A stretch of DNA of 64,000 nt from a virus. The position numbers were made by a program, and so were the translations under genes. The notes beneath the pieces were generated by a model, which was given only the letters and a program-made list of their open reading frames with translations, searched no databases and had not been told where the DNA came from. The DNA lies in the IMG/VR virus record IMGVR_UViG_3300003322_000730, positions 13,100 through 77,099 of that record; one strand, 5' to 3'. This document shows, piece by piece, positions 26,640 through 38,194 of this stretch (position 1 is the stretch's first letter; each line of letters starts with the position of its first letter).

Positions 26640-29600
26640 ATGGCCGTTATCAAAGGGCAGGACATTGTTGATTTTGACGGCACCGCCAGAGAGATTGAAA
26701 AACTCGAACAGCGGTTCCTGGCTTATGGTAAAGCTTCGATTGGTATCATCGAAAAGATCACCGATGCCCGCGAGAAAGATATCGAAGCTGTTAAGCGACT
26801 AGAGGCCGCCCTGAAATCCATCAACGTCAAAAAGGGCGGAGGGGATGTTGGTATTGGATCAGTCGGAAAAGACATCGACAAGACAATATCTTCCATTGAG
26901 CGCTACAAGTCCATTTTGGACTCTATGGCTGATGTTTCCGCTCTCAGCGAGAAAAGTATAGCCGAACTGAAAGAAGGGGTCTCTGCTCTTAAAAGACAAT
27001 ACGACAACCTTGATCCTACTTCAAAGGATTTCGTTGCTGATCAGCAGCGTATAGGTAACCAGGTAAAAGTAGCCACTCAGGCTATCACTGCTCAAAGCCT
27101 TGTCATGAAGACAATGGTGAAGACGGCCAATGATGTCAATAATACCTACAATAAGCTCAGCCGGGAGACGGCAGATTTAAAGAATCAACTTCGGAATTTA
27201 CCAGGTGCTTTTGATTTGGTCACCGGCGCCATCAACAAGAATAACGCGCAGGCTGTAATCTGGCAGAAGACTATTGAGCGAAATGACGCTGCATTGAAGA
27301 AGATGGATGCCTCTATGGGCAACTATCAGCGAAATGTCGGCAACTATTCTTCTGCGTTCAAAGGGCTGAACCTGTCAATTTCTGGGTTAATAGCCCCGAT
27401 TCTTGGGGTGTCCACCGCTTACGAGGCTATGGCCAAGTCAATCCAGATCATCGACCAGATGACCCGGTTGAAACTTGGGCTAGAAGCCGTATCATCCAGC
27501 TCTCAGCAGGTAACCCGCCGTTGGCAGTTTTTGGCAGAGCTTGCTGATCGGACCGGTCAAGACGTTGAGAAGCTGACAGAAAACTATATTTCATTTGCTG
27601 GCGCTGCACGTAACACCAGCCTTGAAGGGGCAAAAGGAGATGCCATATTTAGGGCATTCTCGAATACTTTCGCGGCACTAGGGAAAAGTAGTGACGTGGC
27701 CAATAGGGGGCTGTATGCTATTCAGCAGATGATCTCGAAGACAAAGGTTAACTCAGAAGAGCTCAATCAGCAACTGGCCGAAGCCCTGCCAGGCGCGAAC
27801 AAGTTATTTGCAGATGCACTGGGTGTCAGCACGGCCAAGTTAGCCGACATGATGAAGAAAGGGGAAGTGTTGGCGATCGACGTTCTTCCAAAAGTTGCCG
27901 CGGCCCTGGAGAAGACATATGGAGAGAGGGCTCAAAAGAATATTGAAACAATATCTGGTAGCTGGAGCCGGTTAACAACTCAGTTTAAATTATTCCTTGA
28001 CGATCTCAACAAAGACAATGCAATCTCTGGATTCTTCGCCAGGCTCAATAACGGAATAGCTGATGCAATCCGGAACATGAGCGCCTTGCGTACCAGCAAA
28101 AATGATGTGATTGGCAGAGCTCAGTTGCTGGGCCAGAATCAAAGTACAGGGGCAAATCTCGTGGGAGCGTTTGTTCCCGGCATCAACCAAGGCAGGAATG
28201 TTTATAATGCTACTCAGCAGATAGGCGCAGAAAATGCCAACATCAAGGCTCAGGTCGATAAAGTACAAGCCGTATCTGACAATAAAAAGCGTATTGATAT
28301 TATCATGCGTGAGCAACAGGAGCTCAAAAAGGTTACCGCAGCATTGAAAGACTGGGAGGAGCAAACGAGTAACACTGTTATTCGCACAGAGGAAATGCGT
28401 GCAAAAACGGTCAACCTGAATATTGCAGTCGACAGACAAAGGAGGCTGGTAGAAGCACTTGGACAAGCCGAGATAAAAAGAGCCAATACGGCGAAAGAAG
28501 TAGCACCCAAAGATGCGCCGGCGGAGCCAACAGATCCAAAATCGTCTAAAAGAGTCCTTACTCAATTCGAAAAACTTGTCAAAGAAGCTGAAAAAGTCCG
28601 CGGCATAATCATCGATGATCTACTCGCCGACCAGAAGGCCGGACGTGCTTTGGAGCCATCTGATGAATCGGTTGAGAAGTTCAACAAGATCTATGAGAGG
28701 CTGCGGGAGATCAATAATATCATTGGAGAGCAGATGCCATCCAATCTCAAAGAACTCTACGACAAAATCAACAAGACTCCTGTGGATATCGCCGGGCAGA
28801 TACCTATTATCGGCATGGAGAAGCAGGATCAAACGCCTGCGGGCCCCGCTGCCTCTACTGGGGAGTATATTGATCTAACCAAGTATAATGCTTTATTGAA
28901 GGTTCATCAGGAAGAAAACGAGCTTCTCCGGAAGAAAGTAGGAGAGTACGGAATCCTGAAATACGTAAGCAAAGATTATACTGAAAAGCTTATATCGGAA
29001 CAGCAGAAGGTTCAGGAGTTAGAAAAGCAATTGGCTGTCGAAACGGTAGAGGCTAAGAAGCAAGCCATCAATGAGGAGCTTCAAGCTGAAAAGCAGAAGT
29101 TCCAGCAGATCATGGAGTATGCCAGGCTAGAGGCCCAAGGGAAAAGAGAAATCTATGAGCAGTCATGGAACTTGGCTCTTGAATCCGCCAATGCAATATT
29201 TCAAATAGCGCAGGACCAAAGAGCTGCTGATCTGGAGGCCAATCAAATGGCAATGGAGCACGAGTTATCACTTGTACAAGGTAATCAAGCAGCCCAGGAC
29301 CGTATCAAAAAAGAATACGCCAAGAAAGATCTAGAGCTCCGCCAGAAGCAAGCACGTCTCGAAAAAGCACAGGCGGCATTTTCTATTGGCATCAGCACAG
29401 CCCGTGCTGTAGTAAACGCATTGGCTACCGGTGGTCCTCCGTGGATTGGTATTGCCCTGGCTGCAATTGTAGGGGCAATGGGTGCAGTTCAGCTGGCTGC
29501 GGTACTTGCCAAGCCGCTTCCACAGTTCTACAAAGGAACCGACAACGCTCCGGAAGGTCCGGCATGGGTTGCTGAGCGCGGGCCGGAGATTGTGGAATCA

Positions 29601-29969
29601 AGAGGCAAAATGTCGTTGGTAAAAGACAAAAGTATCATACCTCTTCGCCGGGGGGATAAGGTTTATACCGCAGCAGAAACAAGGGCGCTTTTAAGTGGAT
29701 CTATGAGGGCCGACAGAGTAGATCAGGTATTGTCCCGCGGTATTGCGGCAGAGCGCAACAGGGCAGAAATTTCGGCAGCACAAGCTGCGATCATTGCCAG
29801 GCCATTGGGACAGCAAATTGACTACGATAAAATGACCAGTACATTTACCAAAGCTCTCGACAGCCGGCCACTTCATCAGACCCTTGTTGATGAGCAAGGC
29901 ATCCGTCACAGACACATTCGTCAGAACAGCACAACCACATACCATAACTCCAGATTCTCCCTTAAATAA
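26640..29969 (+). CDS. Tail tape measure protein
   Basis: 1109 aa helical; GNYQRNVGNY; QMISKTKVNSEELNQQLAEALPGA; KGT..APEGPAWVAERGPE. Confidence 0.95.
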   Translation: MAVIKGQDIVDFDGTAREIEKLEQRFLAYGKASIGIIEKITDAREKDIEAVKRLEAALKSINVKKGGGDVGIGSVGKDIDKTISSIERYKSILDSMADVSALSEKSIAELKEGVSALKRQYDNLDPTSKDFVADQQRIGNQVKVATQAITAQSLVMKTMVKTANDVNNTYNKLSRETADLKNQLRNLPGAFDLVTGAINKNNAQAVIWQKTIERNDAALKKMDASMGNYQRNVGNYSSAFKGLNLSISGLIAPILGVSTAYEAMAKSIQIIDQMTRLKLGLEAVSSSSQQVTRRWQFLAELADRTGQDVEKLTENYISFAGAARNTSLEGAKGDAIFRAFSNTFAALGKSSDVANRGLYAIQQMISKTKVNSEELNQQLAEALPGANKLFADALGVSTAKLADMMKKGEVLAIDVLPKVAAALEKTYGERAQKNIETISGSWSRLTTQFKLFLDDLNKDNAISGFFARLNNGIADAIRNMSALRTSKNDVIGRAQLLGQNQSTGANLVGAFVPGINQGRNVYNATQQIGAENANIKAQVDKVQAVSDNKKRIDIIMREQQELKKVTAALKDWEEQTSNTVIRTEEMRAKTVNLNIAVDRQRRLVEALGQAEIKRANTAKEVAPKDAPAEPTDPKSSKRVLTQFEKLVKEAEKVRGIIIDDLLADQKAGRALEPSDESVEKFNKIYERLREINNIIGEQMPSNLKELYDKINKTPVDIAGQIPIIGMEKQDQTPAGPAASTGEYIDLTKYNALLKVHQEENELLRKKVGEYGILKYVSKDYTEKLISEQQKVQELEKQLAVETVEAKKQAINEELQAEKQKFQQIMEYARLEAQGKREIYEQSWNLALESANAIFQIAQDQRAADLEANQMAMEHELSLVQGNQAAQDRIKKEYAKKDLELRQKQARLEKAQAAFSIGISTARAVVNALATGGPPWIGIALAAIVGAMGAVQLAAVLAKPLPQFYKGTDNAPEGPAWVAERGPEIVESRGKMSLVKDKSIIPLRRGDKVYTAAETRALLSGSMRADRVDQVLSRGIAAERNRAEISAAQAAIIARPLGQQIDYDKMTSTFTKALDSRPLHQTLVDEQGIRHRHIRQNSTTTYHNSRFSLK

Positions 29970-32281
29970 TGCCAGTAACAGACATCATATACGACAACTG
30001 GGGTAATGCAACAGAAGTAGACCGGCTCTACGACGAAATGGTTGTGACCTATGAGTTGACTACATCGGCGGGTACTTTTCCCATAGAAGAACCAGAGGGC
30101 TGGGGAAAGGTGACATTCATTCACAAGAGAGACAAGGATTACTACGGGTTCAACTATGAGTTTACTGGAACTGATTTCAATCTGATATTTGATTGTGACT
30201 CAGGACTTGATTATGTAGAGGCCGAGTACGCCCTGAACGGGAATGATGGTGAAGTGATTTTCCGACGAATCCTGAGCGCTGGGGCCACTGAGATCATTGA
30301 GTACGAGGGCCGGCTGAATTTGAATGAAAGAAAGCGGCAGGACTATAGCGTAGAATGCTCTGTCGAGCGAAAGTCCCTTCATCAGCAAATCAACAGCCGG
30401 CTGAGCTCTAAAATCAATCTGTATTCGACAGAGGACTTGGATCAAAATCCGGTATCCGCAATGCAATTGATTTATGTGCTCATGCCTGGGCAAATGCTCT
30501 CAGAAAGTTTTAAAACCTCTCAGACGGTAACCAAGCAAGAGGATTTTACTGAGACTCGTACAGGCGATTCGCTTGCGTTCGCGTTTTTTGATATTACTGA
30601 TCCAAAGCCAAATACTATAAAAGGCTTTTTGGGGAGTACGCTGGGAATTTCAGGAGATGCAGATGCGATCACCAGCGGGAATCATGCCATATTTGAGTTT
30701 GAGGCCAACGGAAGTTTTGAAATTCACGTAGAATTGGATTTTGAAATTTACATCAAAATCAACCCACGGTTTTTGGCTGGATTCAGGGATTTGGATATGG
30801 TCCAACTTTGGGTCGAATTTACTATAAAGCATGTCAATGGTGATCCCGATTCCACGTTGGTTATTTATGAAAGCCCACTATATCATCCCAACACAAGGGC
30901 ATTTACAATACCGCGGGTACAGGTAGATGAAAGTTTCTTTTTTGAGGTTTCTGATGGTGACATGATTAGCTTGTATGCCAGAATCGGATATGCTCATGGG
31001 GCCAAGAAGCTCAAGTCCGTAAATATGAATATCAAACAATATAAGTCTATTGTTGAGATTACAGGCAGCTCCGAACAGGCTCCATCGCTTGTATTTGTCG
31101 CCCCTATTAAAACAGCAATGAATGCCCTTCTGGAGCGGGTTACCGGAACGGCAGGACTCATTCAAAGTACTTTTTATTCTTGGCAAGGCCCCGACCAAGC
31201 GGAGGACGGATGCGGATCAAACAGGGTTATATTTAATGGAGGAGCTCTTCGTGGAGCCCCGAATGATCAAATTCCTCTCACCACTACTGTTAAAGACATG
31301 CTGTCGTCAATGGGAGCGATAGACTGTATAGGCATGGGGTATGAATGGGATGCGGATGGAGAAAAAGAGGTAATCAGAGTAGAGCCCGCAGAATATTTTT
31401 TCCAAGATGTTGAAATAGATTCGATAGATACTGTTTTTGACTACCGAGAGGAGACCGCCAAGGATATGATCTATAACCGACTTGTGTTTGGATACGATAA
31501 ATACAAAGAGGAGGATGAGTATAGCTTCGATGAGATCCATGCTGTTCATGAGTATCAGACTCCGATAAAGTCAGAGAGCAATGAGTATACTCAGATGAGC
31601 AAATACAATGCTTCTGGATATCTGATAGAAATAACCCGCCGCATCCAATTTGAAGATGACCCAAATAACTCCACTACATACGATGATGATATTTTCATAC
31701 TTCATGTGATTGGGGATTCTAGTGAGCCAACCGGCGGGCCATGGCATCCAGTTAATGATGAGCCTTTTGACGATGTCACCGGTATACTTGATCCGGACTC
31801 CACAGTGAACCTAACGCTTACTCCTAAACGGATGTTAATGGCCCACAGCAAGTTTTTGATGTCTTCTTTGATCTATAAAGATGCTGGTCAGCCGATCAAG
31901 TGTACCTTTGTAAAGCAGAACAAAGACTTCACAACAACACTAAAAGCTGATTATTGTCATAGAGGAGACGAATCTTTACTTCCGTTGCGGGCTGCTGATG
32001 ACATTTTGATTGGCGCCTTTCGTCCGGATCTGGACGGCATATATAGCCCTGAGTGGGTATGGTTCAAGTGCCGGATGAGTATGACCAAAGTCAGGTACAT
32101 CATGAATGCATTGCGGGGCCTGAGTGAAGATGGAAATAATTATGGTTATATTACCTACTCAACAGACAGGGTAGACGAAGATGGAGAGCCGATACTTGGC
32201 AAAGGGTGGGTTTACGAAATCAGTTTCAACAGGGACGTTGAGGAAGTTTCTTTCAAACTATTAAAAAAAAAATTCCCTTAG
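29969..32281 (+). CDS. Tail tip / baseplate hub protein (possible -1 extension to 32391)
   Basis: 770 aa directly after TMP; EPEGW motif; ends in A10. Confidence 0.75.
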   Translation: MPVTDIIYDNWGNATEVDRLYDEMVVTYELTTSAGTFPIEEPEGWGKVTFIHKRDKDYYGFNYEFTGTDFNLIFDCDSGLDYVEAEYALNGNDGEVIFRRILSAGATEIIEYEGRLNLNERKRQDYSVECSVERKSLHQQINSRLSSKINLYSTEDLDQNPVSAMQLIYVLMPGQMLSESFKTSQTVTKQEDFTETRTGDSLAFAFFDITDPKPNTIKGFLGSTLGISGDADAITSGNHAIFEFEANGSFEIHVELDFEIYIKINPRFLAGFRDLDMVQLWVEFTIKHVNGDPDSTLVIYESPLYHPNTRAFTIPRVQVDESFFFEVSDGDMISLYARIGYAHGAKKLKSVNMNIKQYKSIVEITGSSEQAPSLVFVAPIKTAMNALLERVTGTAGLIQSTFYSWQGPDQAEDGCGSNRVIFNGGALRGAPNDQIPLTTTVKDMLSSMGAIDCIGMGYEWDADGEKEVIRVEPAEYFFQDVEIDSIDTVFDYREETAKDMIYNRLVFGYDKYKEEDEYSFDEIHAVHEYQTPIKSESNEYTQMSKYNASGYLIEITRRIQFEDDPNNSTTYDDDIFILHVIGDSSEPTGGPWHPVNDEPFDDVTGILDPDSTVNLTLTPKRMLMAHSKFLMSSLIYKDAGQPIKCTFVKQNKDFTTTLKADYCHRGDESLLPLRAADDILIGAFRPDLDGIYSPEWVWFKCRMSMTKVRYIMNALRGLSEDGNNYGYITYSTDRVDEDGEPILGKGWVYEISFNRDVEEVSFKLLKKKFP

Positions 32282-32395
32282 AGATGGGTGATTGCTCGGA
32301 ATACGCCGATTGGACGTTCGAGATGTTCGAAACGCGGCCTGATACGCCAGGCGACTGGATAGAGGAATGCCGATTCATAAACTTTAATTGATACT

Positions 32396-35300
32396 ATGCC
32401 GCTTTCGTTAGGCCCGCTGAAAATAAACCTGAACGACAAATTAAGGACCGGATTCAGGGTAAAATATAATCTCCTTGTCGACAAAGTGATCAAGGATGGG
32501 CAGGCTTATACGTCAGGCATAAAGCTGATCACCCACGACGGCACTGAGATTGAAATAGACATAACCGAATTCTTCTACACAAAAGAGGCTATCGATGAAA
32601 TGTTCTTCATTGATTATGCCACAGAAGAAGAAGCCGGGAAAATACGTATTGCCACTATCGAAGAGGTTCTTGATGGTGAAGACGACACGACTGTTGTAAC
32701 CCCTTATAAATTATTCCAGATGCTTAATGGCATCAGCGGAAGATATGTTACGGCCGGAGAAGACTTGGTTGCGGGGGATTACGTATATCTTACATTGCCA
32801 GAAGAAGAGGAAGAGCCTGATCCGGAAGAGGAGCCGGACTTGTATCCTACCATGGTAGCATTCAAAGCTATCGCTACATCCAGGGCCACAATGGCTATGG
32901 GATTTGTTGAAGAAGATGCATTGGAAGGGGATGAATCGGCTATTAAGTTCTCTAGCAATGTAAATACATACCACACAGATTTAATACCTGGCAAATACTA
33001 TTATCTGTCAGACGAAGACCCTGGCGTACTCATTCCGTCGCCACCATTTTCAGCGGGCTCTGTAACCCAAGTAGTGGGATATGCAATCTCCAACTTGGAG
33101 ATGATGGTGGAAATAGACAAGCCGGAAATAAACGACACTACGCCATACGACACAGACTTTCCTGATCTGTATTTCTTTGTAGGAGAAGAATCTACCGAGT
33201 CTATATATCTCCCTGATTATATTTTAGAAGCCTACGAAGACACTGTATTCAGATATGAATATGTAGACCTTCCAGAATGGATTACGGATCATGTGGTTGT
33301 TTTTGACAATGCCAGCCTCACCGGCAAACCAACGGAGGTAGGGAAGTGGACTTCATATCTTGAGGCGATCGATGAGGATGGAAAGGTATTTAAACAGCCG
33401 CTGATTATCTATGCGATAGAGAAATCTGTTCCGGATACGGTATTGTTGGATACGACCACCCAGCCAGGAGAAGAAGTTGGAGCGATACCCGGCGCCTGGC
33501 CTATCCCTGACAGGTGGAACCCTTTGACCACAATAGACATCCAGCACGATGAAATAAGCATTCAGATCGTCGGAGGCGGCCCTGATGGACTCAGCGTGAA
33601 TGAGAAATATACCGAGCCGCTTCTTGACCCGGTAGAATCAGGAGAGTATCTTGGTGATCCCTATAACGGAGGTTTCGTTTCGTTGCCTGGTGTATACAGG
33701 ATGATTGTCTTGGCCTACTACAAAAAAAGAATTGTAGTTGAGGCGACGATCATTTTTACGCTATATGACGAAGAGTATCTTGGTAAGGCGAAAATAGAGC
33801 TATACGATTCTGTCACTGACACGCTTATAGGGGAAGTGAATCCAGACGGTAGTTCTACTTTTATAAAGCCGGCCAATGGATTTGACCTGAAATTCACTAT
33901 TGATGGCAACTCTCACTCAGAGGCGACATTGTCCTTGCTTTCTGCTGATGAGGTAATGAAGGAGCGAAAGATAGGGCCCATAACGCCCGTCGAAGATGCC
34001 GAGTATTTCCTTTACAATGCAGAGGCTCCCATACAGCCATCAGGAGATTACCAGGCATCTTTGACAATGAAGCTGTCGGGAACGCAAAATTACGAAAGGG
34101 TCACCCCATTCTCTATCCTTGAAGAAGAGGTAAAGCCAAAAGGAGGATTGATATTAGTGAGGATGCTTCCCAATACAATCAATCATGAAGTTATAGGGGA
34201 GCTACCCAAATCGGGAGGAGAGTTTGACTTGCCGGATTTGCCAGGGTGGAATACGCTCTCTGAATACGAAGGCGAAGAAATAGACTTTGAAGAATGGTTT
34301 AACTTCGAGAAAAGGAATGGGTCTTTGTTTGAGTTTGACAGCTCACTGTATACTGGCAAACCGCAGGCTATCTCTTATACTAAGCCGGTAAAGAAAAGCA
34401 GTTTAAGGACGTTTTGGAACAAGGGGTCTGGCGATATTAATTCTATCCATAAATTTCCTTCATCATTCAGACAGATCGTTCGAAGAAAGGTTGGTGGCAT
34501 TAACGGCAAGGTAGTCGACATTCAGATGGCCGACTTTTCCTTTCGTGAGCCTCTGTCTCCGGCAGATTACTCTGGGTTAAGGTTTTTGATTGACGACGCT
34601 GCCGGGCTTACTTTGATCGATACGAATATGCCTAAAACGGGCAGGGAGTATCAAATACCGGTCGCGCCGGCAAGATGGACTACATCTGTCAGATCTTTTG
34701 GCGGTGCATCGTTTAACAGGGTTAGAATCAAACTTCGGAAGTTCATTGGTGGATCGTTCGTAACACTTCATCAGTCTGGTATTGATTATCTGTACGATAT
34801 CAATCTGGGTGGATCGTTCACGGAACTTGACAATGATCAGGCCACATTATTGACCGCACTGATAGGTGCAGGGGAACTTCGGTATGCCCTTGATCCATCC
34901 AATGTTCAGCAGGTCATTGATGAGGCCGGAAGATATGAGGTGAGCTACCTGGGTTACTTGAATACTACGCTGGTAGGTACTTTGACTTCTGATTTTACGC
35001 TCATAGATCCAGACGAAGAAGAGCCGCCTATCGAAGAGTGTTGCGGCAGTGGAATGTTTGTGGTTTATGCGGGAGAGGGGTTGTCCGAGGTTGTTGACGA
35101 CAGATTAAAAACACTGAATGTTGAGTACGACAACATAGGCATTGGTATAAACGGAGCTAACCAGCTGTATATAAAAGCGGTGGATTTCGCCTTGCTGGGA
35201 GAGTTTATGCCAAGAACCATATTGGGCAACATGAATGTCATTGCTGGCAATGCATACATGGTTTCGGTCATAAACAACATGTCACTGGCCACTAATTCAA

Positions 35301-38194
35301 ACTTGGCTGATGCGTTGACATCAAAGCAATATATAGACTCGGCACTGACAGGGGCTATCACCGGAACGGTTGGGTATTTACCGAAATTCGGGACAACCAC
35401 CTCATTGACAAACAGCATTGCGAGAGAAGTAACGGGAACCGTTTTCGTGGATGGATTTTTAGTTGTTGGCGCAACCACGAATGAGCGGCTTCGAATCTCT
35501 TCTGATGCCGCAAACCTATATGTAAACTTTGCTGACTCTTCGTTAACGAGCAGATTTGCTATACACTCTCAAGCTACAAAATTAGGCTTTGAGATTTCGG
35601 GAACAGAAGTTTTCAGGATTAACCAGTCAACTGCCGATGTAACATTCATCAAGGCTATAACTATCGGCGGCGCCCCGGCTCCATTGAACGTAACCAGCCA
35701 GTTATTGTGTACAAACCTGAACGCTGACCTCTTGGATGGACAGCACGGAGCATATTATTTGTCCCGGGCAAATCACACCGGCACTCAGCTAGCCAGCACT
35801 ATCAGCGATTTTAGCACCGCGACTTTAGCAGTAGCGTTGACAGGGTTATCCATTGTGGCTGGGTCACCTATTACGGCTTCCGATACGATATTGTCCGCTT
35901 TCGGGAAATTACAAGGCCAGGTAAATACCAATGCTGCCAGTGTTAGCGGAACCGCGGGTCAACTAGCATATTTCGTCACTAGCTCAACGATAGGCAATAG
36001 TATCGCCAAGCAGGCATCTGGAACGCTTACCATCGAGGGTTTTGCTGTTGTAGGGACTACCGCAAATGAAAAGGTACGCATTGCGATGGATACCGCTAAC
36101 TCATACGTGCAGTTTTCTGATGCGTCTCTTGTTAGTCGGTTCGCGCTGCATTCTCAGCCCACTAAGCTGGGATTCGAAGTGGCTGGTACGGAAGCTTTCA
36201 GGATTAATCAATCAACGATTGACGTAACGTTCGTTAAAGCCATCACGATATCGGCCACGACAACGGCTCCGCTTGTGGTAAGTTCTACAATACTGGTGAC
36301 AAGCTTGAATGCTGATTTATTAGATGGGCAACACGGAATTTATTATCTGGATCGAGCAAATCACACCGGAACGCAATTGGCCAGCACAATCAGCAACTTC
36401 AGTGCTACCGTATTGGCCACAGCATTGACTGGACTGTCAATCGTTACCGGCTCAGCCATCACGGCTTCGGATACAATACTCTCAGCCTTCGGCAAGCTTC
36501 AGGGGCAAGTCAACACAAACGCATCGGCTGTCTCTGGCACTGCTGGGCAGTTGGCGTATTTTGTGACTGGATCAACGATCGGCAGCAGCATAGCAAAACA
36601 GGCTTCCGGCACTATGACGGTCGAAGGATTCCTGGTTGTTGGCGCGTCTGCTAATGAAAAAGTACGTATCGCCATGGATACGGCCAATTCTTATATTCAA
36701 TTTTCAGACTCTGCTCTGGTAAGCCGATTTGCCCTTCACGCACAGCCTACAAAGTTAGGTTTTGAAGTTGCGGGAACAGAAGTTTTCAGGATAAACCAAA
36801 GTACAGCAGACACTACTTTTATCAAGGCAATCAATATAAGTGCTACGCTTACATCTCCACTTGTAGTTGCGTCTACTATTTTAGTGACTAATCTGAATTC
36901 TGACCTACTAGATGATCAACATGGGGTTTACTATTTGGATAGGGCGAATCATACCGGATCACAAGCCATATCTACCGTAACCGGTCTTCAGACCGCTTTG
37001 GATGCCAAGCTAACCGGTACGGGAACCGCAAACAGATTTGTAGTTTGGACCGGTACCAGTACAGTGGCTTCAAGTAACCTATTTTATAATGGCGGTAATG
37101 TAGGGGTAGGCGTCAACCCTGGATATCAATTTGAAGTGGCTGGGTCAATCAGATATAGCAATCAATTATCAAGTACGGTTGCTACTGGAACGGCGCCATT
37201 GGACGTTACCAGCACAACGTTGTGTATAAATCTGAATGCGGATCTTTTGGATGGACAACATGGCAGTTATTATCTCAGCAGGGCAAACCATACTGGTTCA
37301 CAGGCAATATCCACTGTTACTGGTCTACAGACAGCACTTGACGCCAAGCCGGCAGGTTCGGGCACGGCAAATTATTTTGCTCTGTGGACCGGAACTAATA
37401 CACTGGGAGCGGGCACGCTTCAATATAATGGAGGCAATGTTGGCGTTGGCATGAACCCTGGGTATCAATTTGATGTCAATGGGTCAATACGTTATTCTAA
37501 TCAACTTGCGTCATCTGTAGCTACGGGTACTGCGCCGCTGGATGTCACCAGCACATCATTGTGCGTAAATTTAAATGCAGATTTACTTGACGGAAACCAT
37601 GCGTCTGCCTTTGCTTTAGCAAGCCATACACACACTTCATCGCAAATAACTGATTTCACTTCGGCTGTCCGAGGGTCTATATCTGGCAGCGGCGGTATAT
37701 CATACAATTCAAGTACTGGAGTTATTTCTTATACAGGCGGAACCGGGATCAGCGGAAGTGGCACCAGTGGGGTGATCGCCAAGTGGACCGGTAGCGGGTC
37801 GATAGGCAACAGCACAATAACGGACACCGGCACCGAAATTAACTTCGCAAATACAAGATCTCTTGGAGTCGAGGGTCCCGCCGCTATGCGGGACTACCTG
37901 CACGTATGGGGATATTGTAATATGGGAACATCTTCTAATCACGGAACCTTATTGATACATCAAGCTAACTCTGGCACTATAAATGCGGCAGCGGCACTTG
38001 AAATAAGAAGTACAACCAAGGGAGTATTGTTCCCTATGATGACTACGACTCAAAGAAGAGCCATTAGCAGCCCCCCTGTTGGGCTGATTGTTTATCAGAC
38101 TGATTCATCAGGTGCCGGTAGCAGTCAAGGATTATATAAACACTTGGGTTCTAATGTCTGGTCAAATGAGGACGGCAGTTATGTGGGAGCGTAA
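32396..38194 (+). CDS. Long tail fibre / receptor-binding protein
   Basis: 1932 aa; ATEEEAGKIRIAT fibre motif; repeated LNADLLDGQHG.YYL.RANHTG. Confidence 0.85.
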   Translation: MPLSLGPLKINLNDKLRTGFRVKYNLLVDKVIKDGQAYTSGIKLITHDGTEIEIDITEFFYTKEAIDEMFFIDYATEEEAGKIRIATIEEVLDGEDDTTVVTPYKLFQMLNGISGRYVTAGEDLVAGDYVYLTLPEEEEEPDPEEEPDLYPTMVAFKAIATSRATMAMGFVEEDALEGDESAIKFSSNVNTYHTDLIPGKYYYLSDEDPGVLIPSPPFSAGSVTQVVGYAISNLEMMVEIDKPEINDTTPYDTDFPDLYFFVGEESTESIYLPDYILEAYEDTVFRYEYVDLPEWITDHVVVFDNASLTGKPTEVGKWTSYLEAIDEDGKVFKQPLIIYAIEKSVPDTVLLDTTTQPGEEVGAIPGAWPIPDRWNPLTTIDIQHDEISIQIVGGGPDGLSVNEKYTEPLLDPVESGEYLGDPYNGGFVSLPGVYRMIVLAYYKKRIVVEATIIFTLYDEEYLGKAKIELYDSVTDTLIGEVNPDGSSTFIKPANGFDLKFTIDGNSHSEATLSLLSADEVMKERKIGPITPVEDAEYFLYNAEAPIQPSGDYQASLTMKLSGTQNYERVTPFSILEEEVKPKGGLILVRMLPNTINHEVIGELPKSGGEFDLPDLPGWNTLSEYEGEEIDFEEWFNFEKRNGSLFEFDSSLYTGKPQAISYTKPVKKSSLRTFWNKGSGDINSIHKFPSSFRQIVRRKVGGINGKVVDIQMADFSFREPLSPADYSGLRFLIDDAAGLTLIDTNMPKTGREYQIPVAPARWTTSVRSFGGASFNRVRIKLRKFIGGSFVTLHQSGIDYLYDINLGGSFTELDNDQATLLTALIGAGELRYALDPSNVQQVIDEAGRYEVSYLGYLNTTLVGTLTSDFTLIDPDEEEPPIEECCGSGMFVVYAGEGLSEVVDDRLKTLNVEYDNIGIGINGANQLYIKAVDFALLGEFMPRTILGNMNVIAGNAYMVSVINNMSLATNSNLADALTSKQYIDSALTGAITGTVGYLPKFGTTTSLTNSIAREVTGTVFVDGFLVVGATTNERLRISSDAANLYVNFADSSLTSRFAIHSQATKLGFEISGTEVFRINQSTADVTFIKAITIGGAPAPLNVTSQLLCTNLNADLLDGQHGAYYLSRANHTGTQLASTISDFSTATLAVALTGLSIVAGSPITASDTILSAFGKLQGQVNTNAASVSGTAGQLAYFVTSSTIGNSIAKQASGTLTIEGFAVVGTTANEKVRIAMDTANSYVQFSDASLVSRFALHSQPTKLGFEVAGTEAFRINQSTIDVTFVKAITISATTTAPLVVSSTILVTSLNADLLDGQHGIYYLDRANHTGTQLASTISNFSATVLATALTGLSIVTGSAITASDTILSAFGKLQGQVNTNASAVSGTAGQLAYFVTGSTIGSSIAKQASGTMTVEGFLVVGASANEKVRIAMDTANSYIQFSDSALVSRFALHAQPTKLGFEVAGTEVFRINQSTADTTFIKAINISATLTSPLVVASTILVTNLNSDLLDDQHGVYYLDRANHTGSQAISTVTGLQTALDAKLTGTGTANRFVVWTGTSTVASSNLFYNGGNVGVGVNPGYQFEVAGSIRYSNQLSSTVATGTAPLDVTSTTLCINLNADLLDGQHGSYYLSRANHTGSQAISTVTGLQTALDAKPAGSGTANYFALWTGTNTLGAGTLQYNGGNVGVGMNPGYQFDVNGSIRYSNQLASSVATGTAPLDVTSTSLCVNLNADLLDGNHASAFALASHTHTSSQITDFTSAVRGSISGSGGISYNSSTGVISYTGGTGISGSGTSGVIAKWTGSGSIGNSTITDTGTEINFANTRSLGVEGPAAMRDYLHVWGYCNMGTSSNHGTLLIHQANSGTINAAAALEIRSTTKGVLFPMMTTTQRRAISSPPVGLIVYQTDSSGAGSSQGLYKHLGSNVWSNEDGSYVGA
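35360..37620 (+). repeat. Intragenic repeats: three ~196-aa units then two ~113-aa units
   Basis: Units start near 35362, 35947, 36535; then 37016, 37355. Confidence 0.85.
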
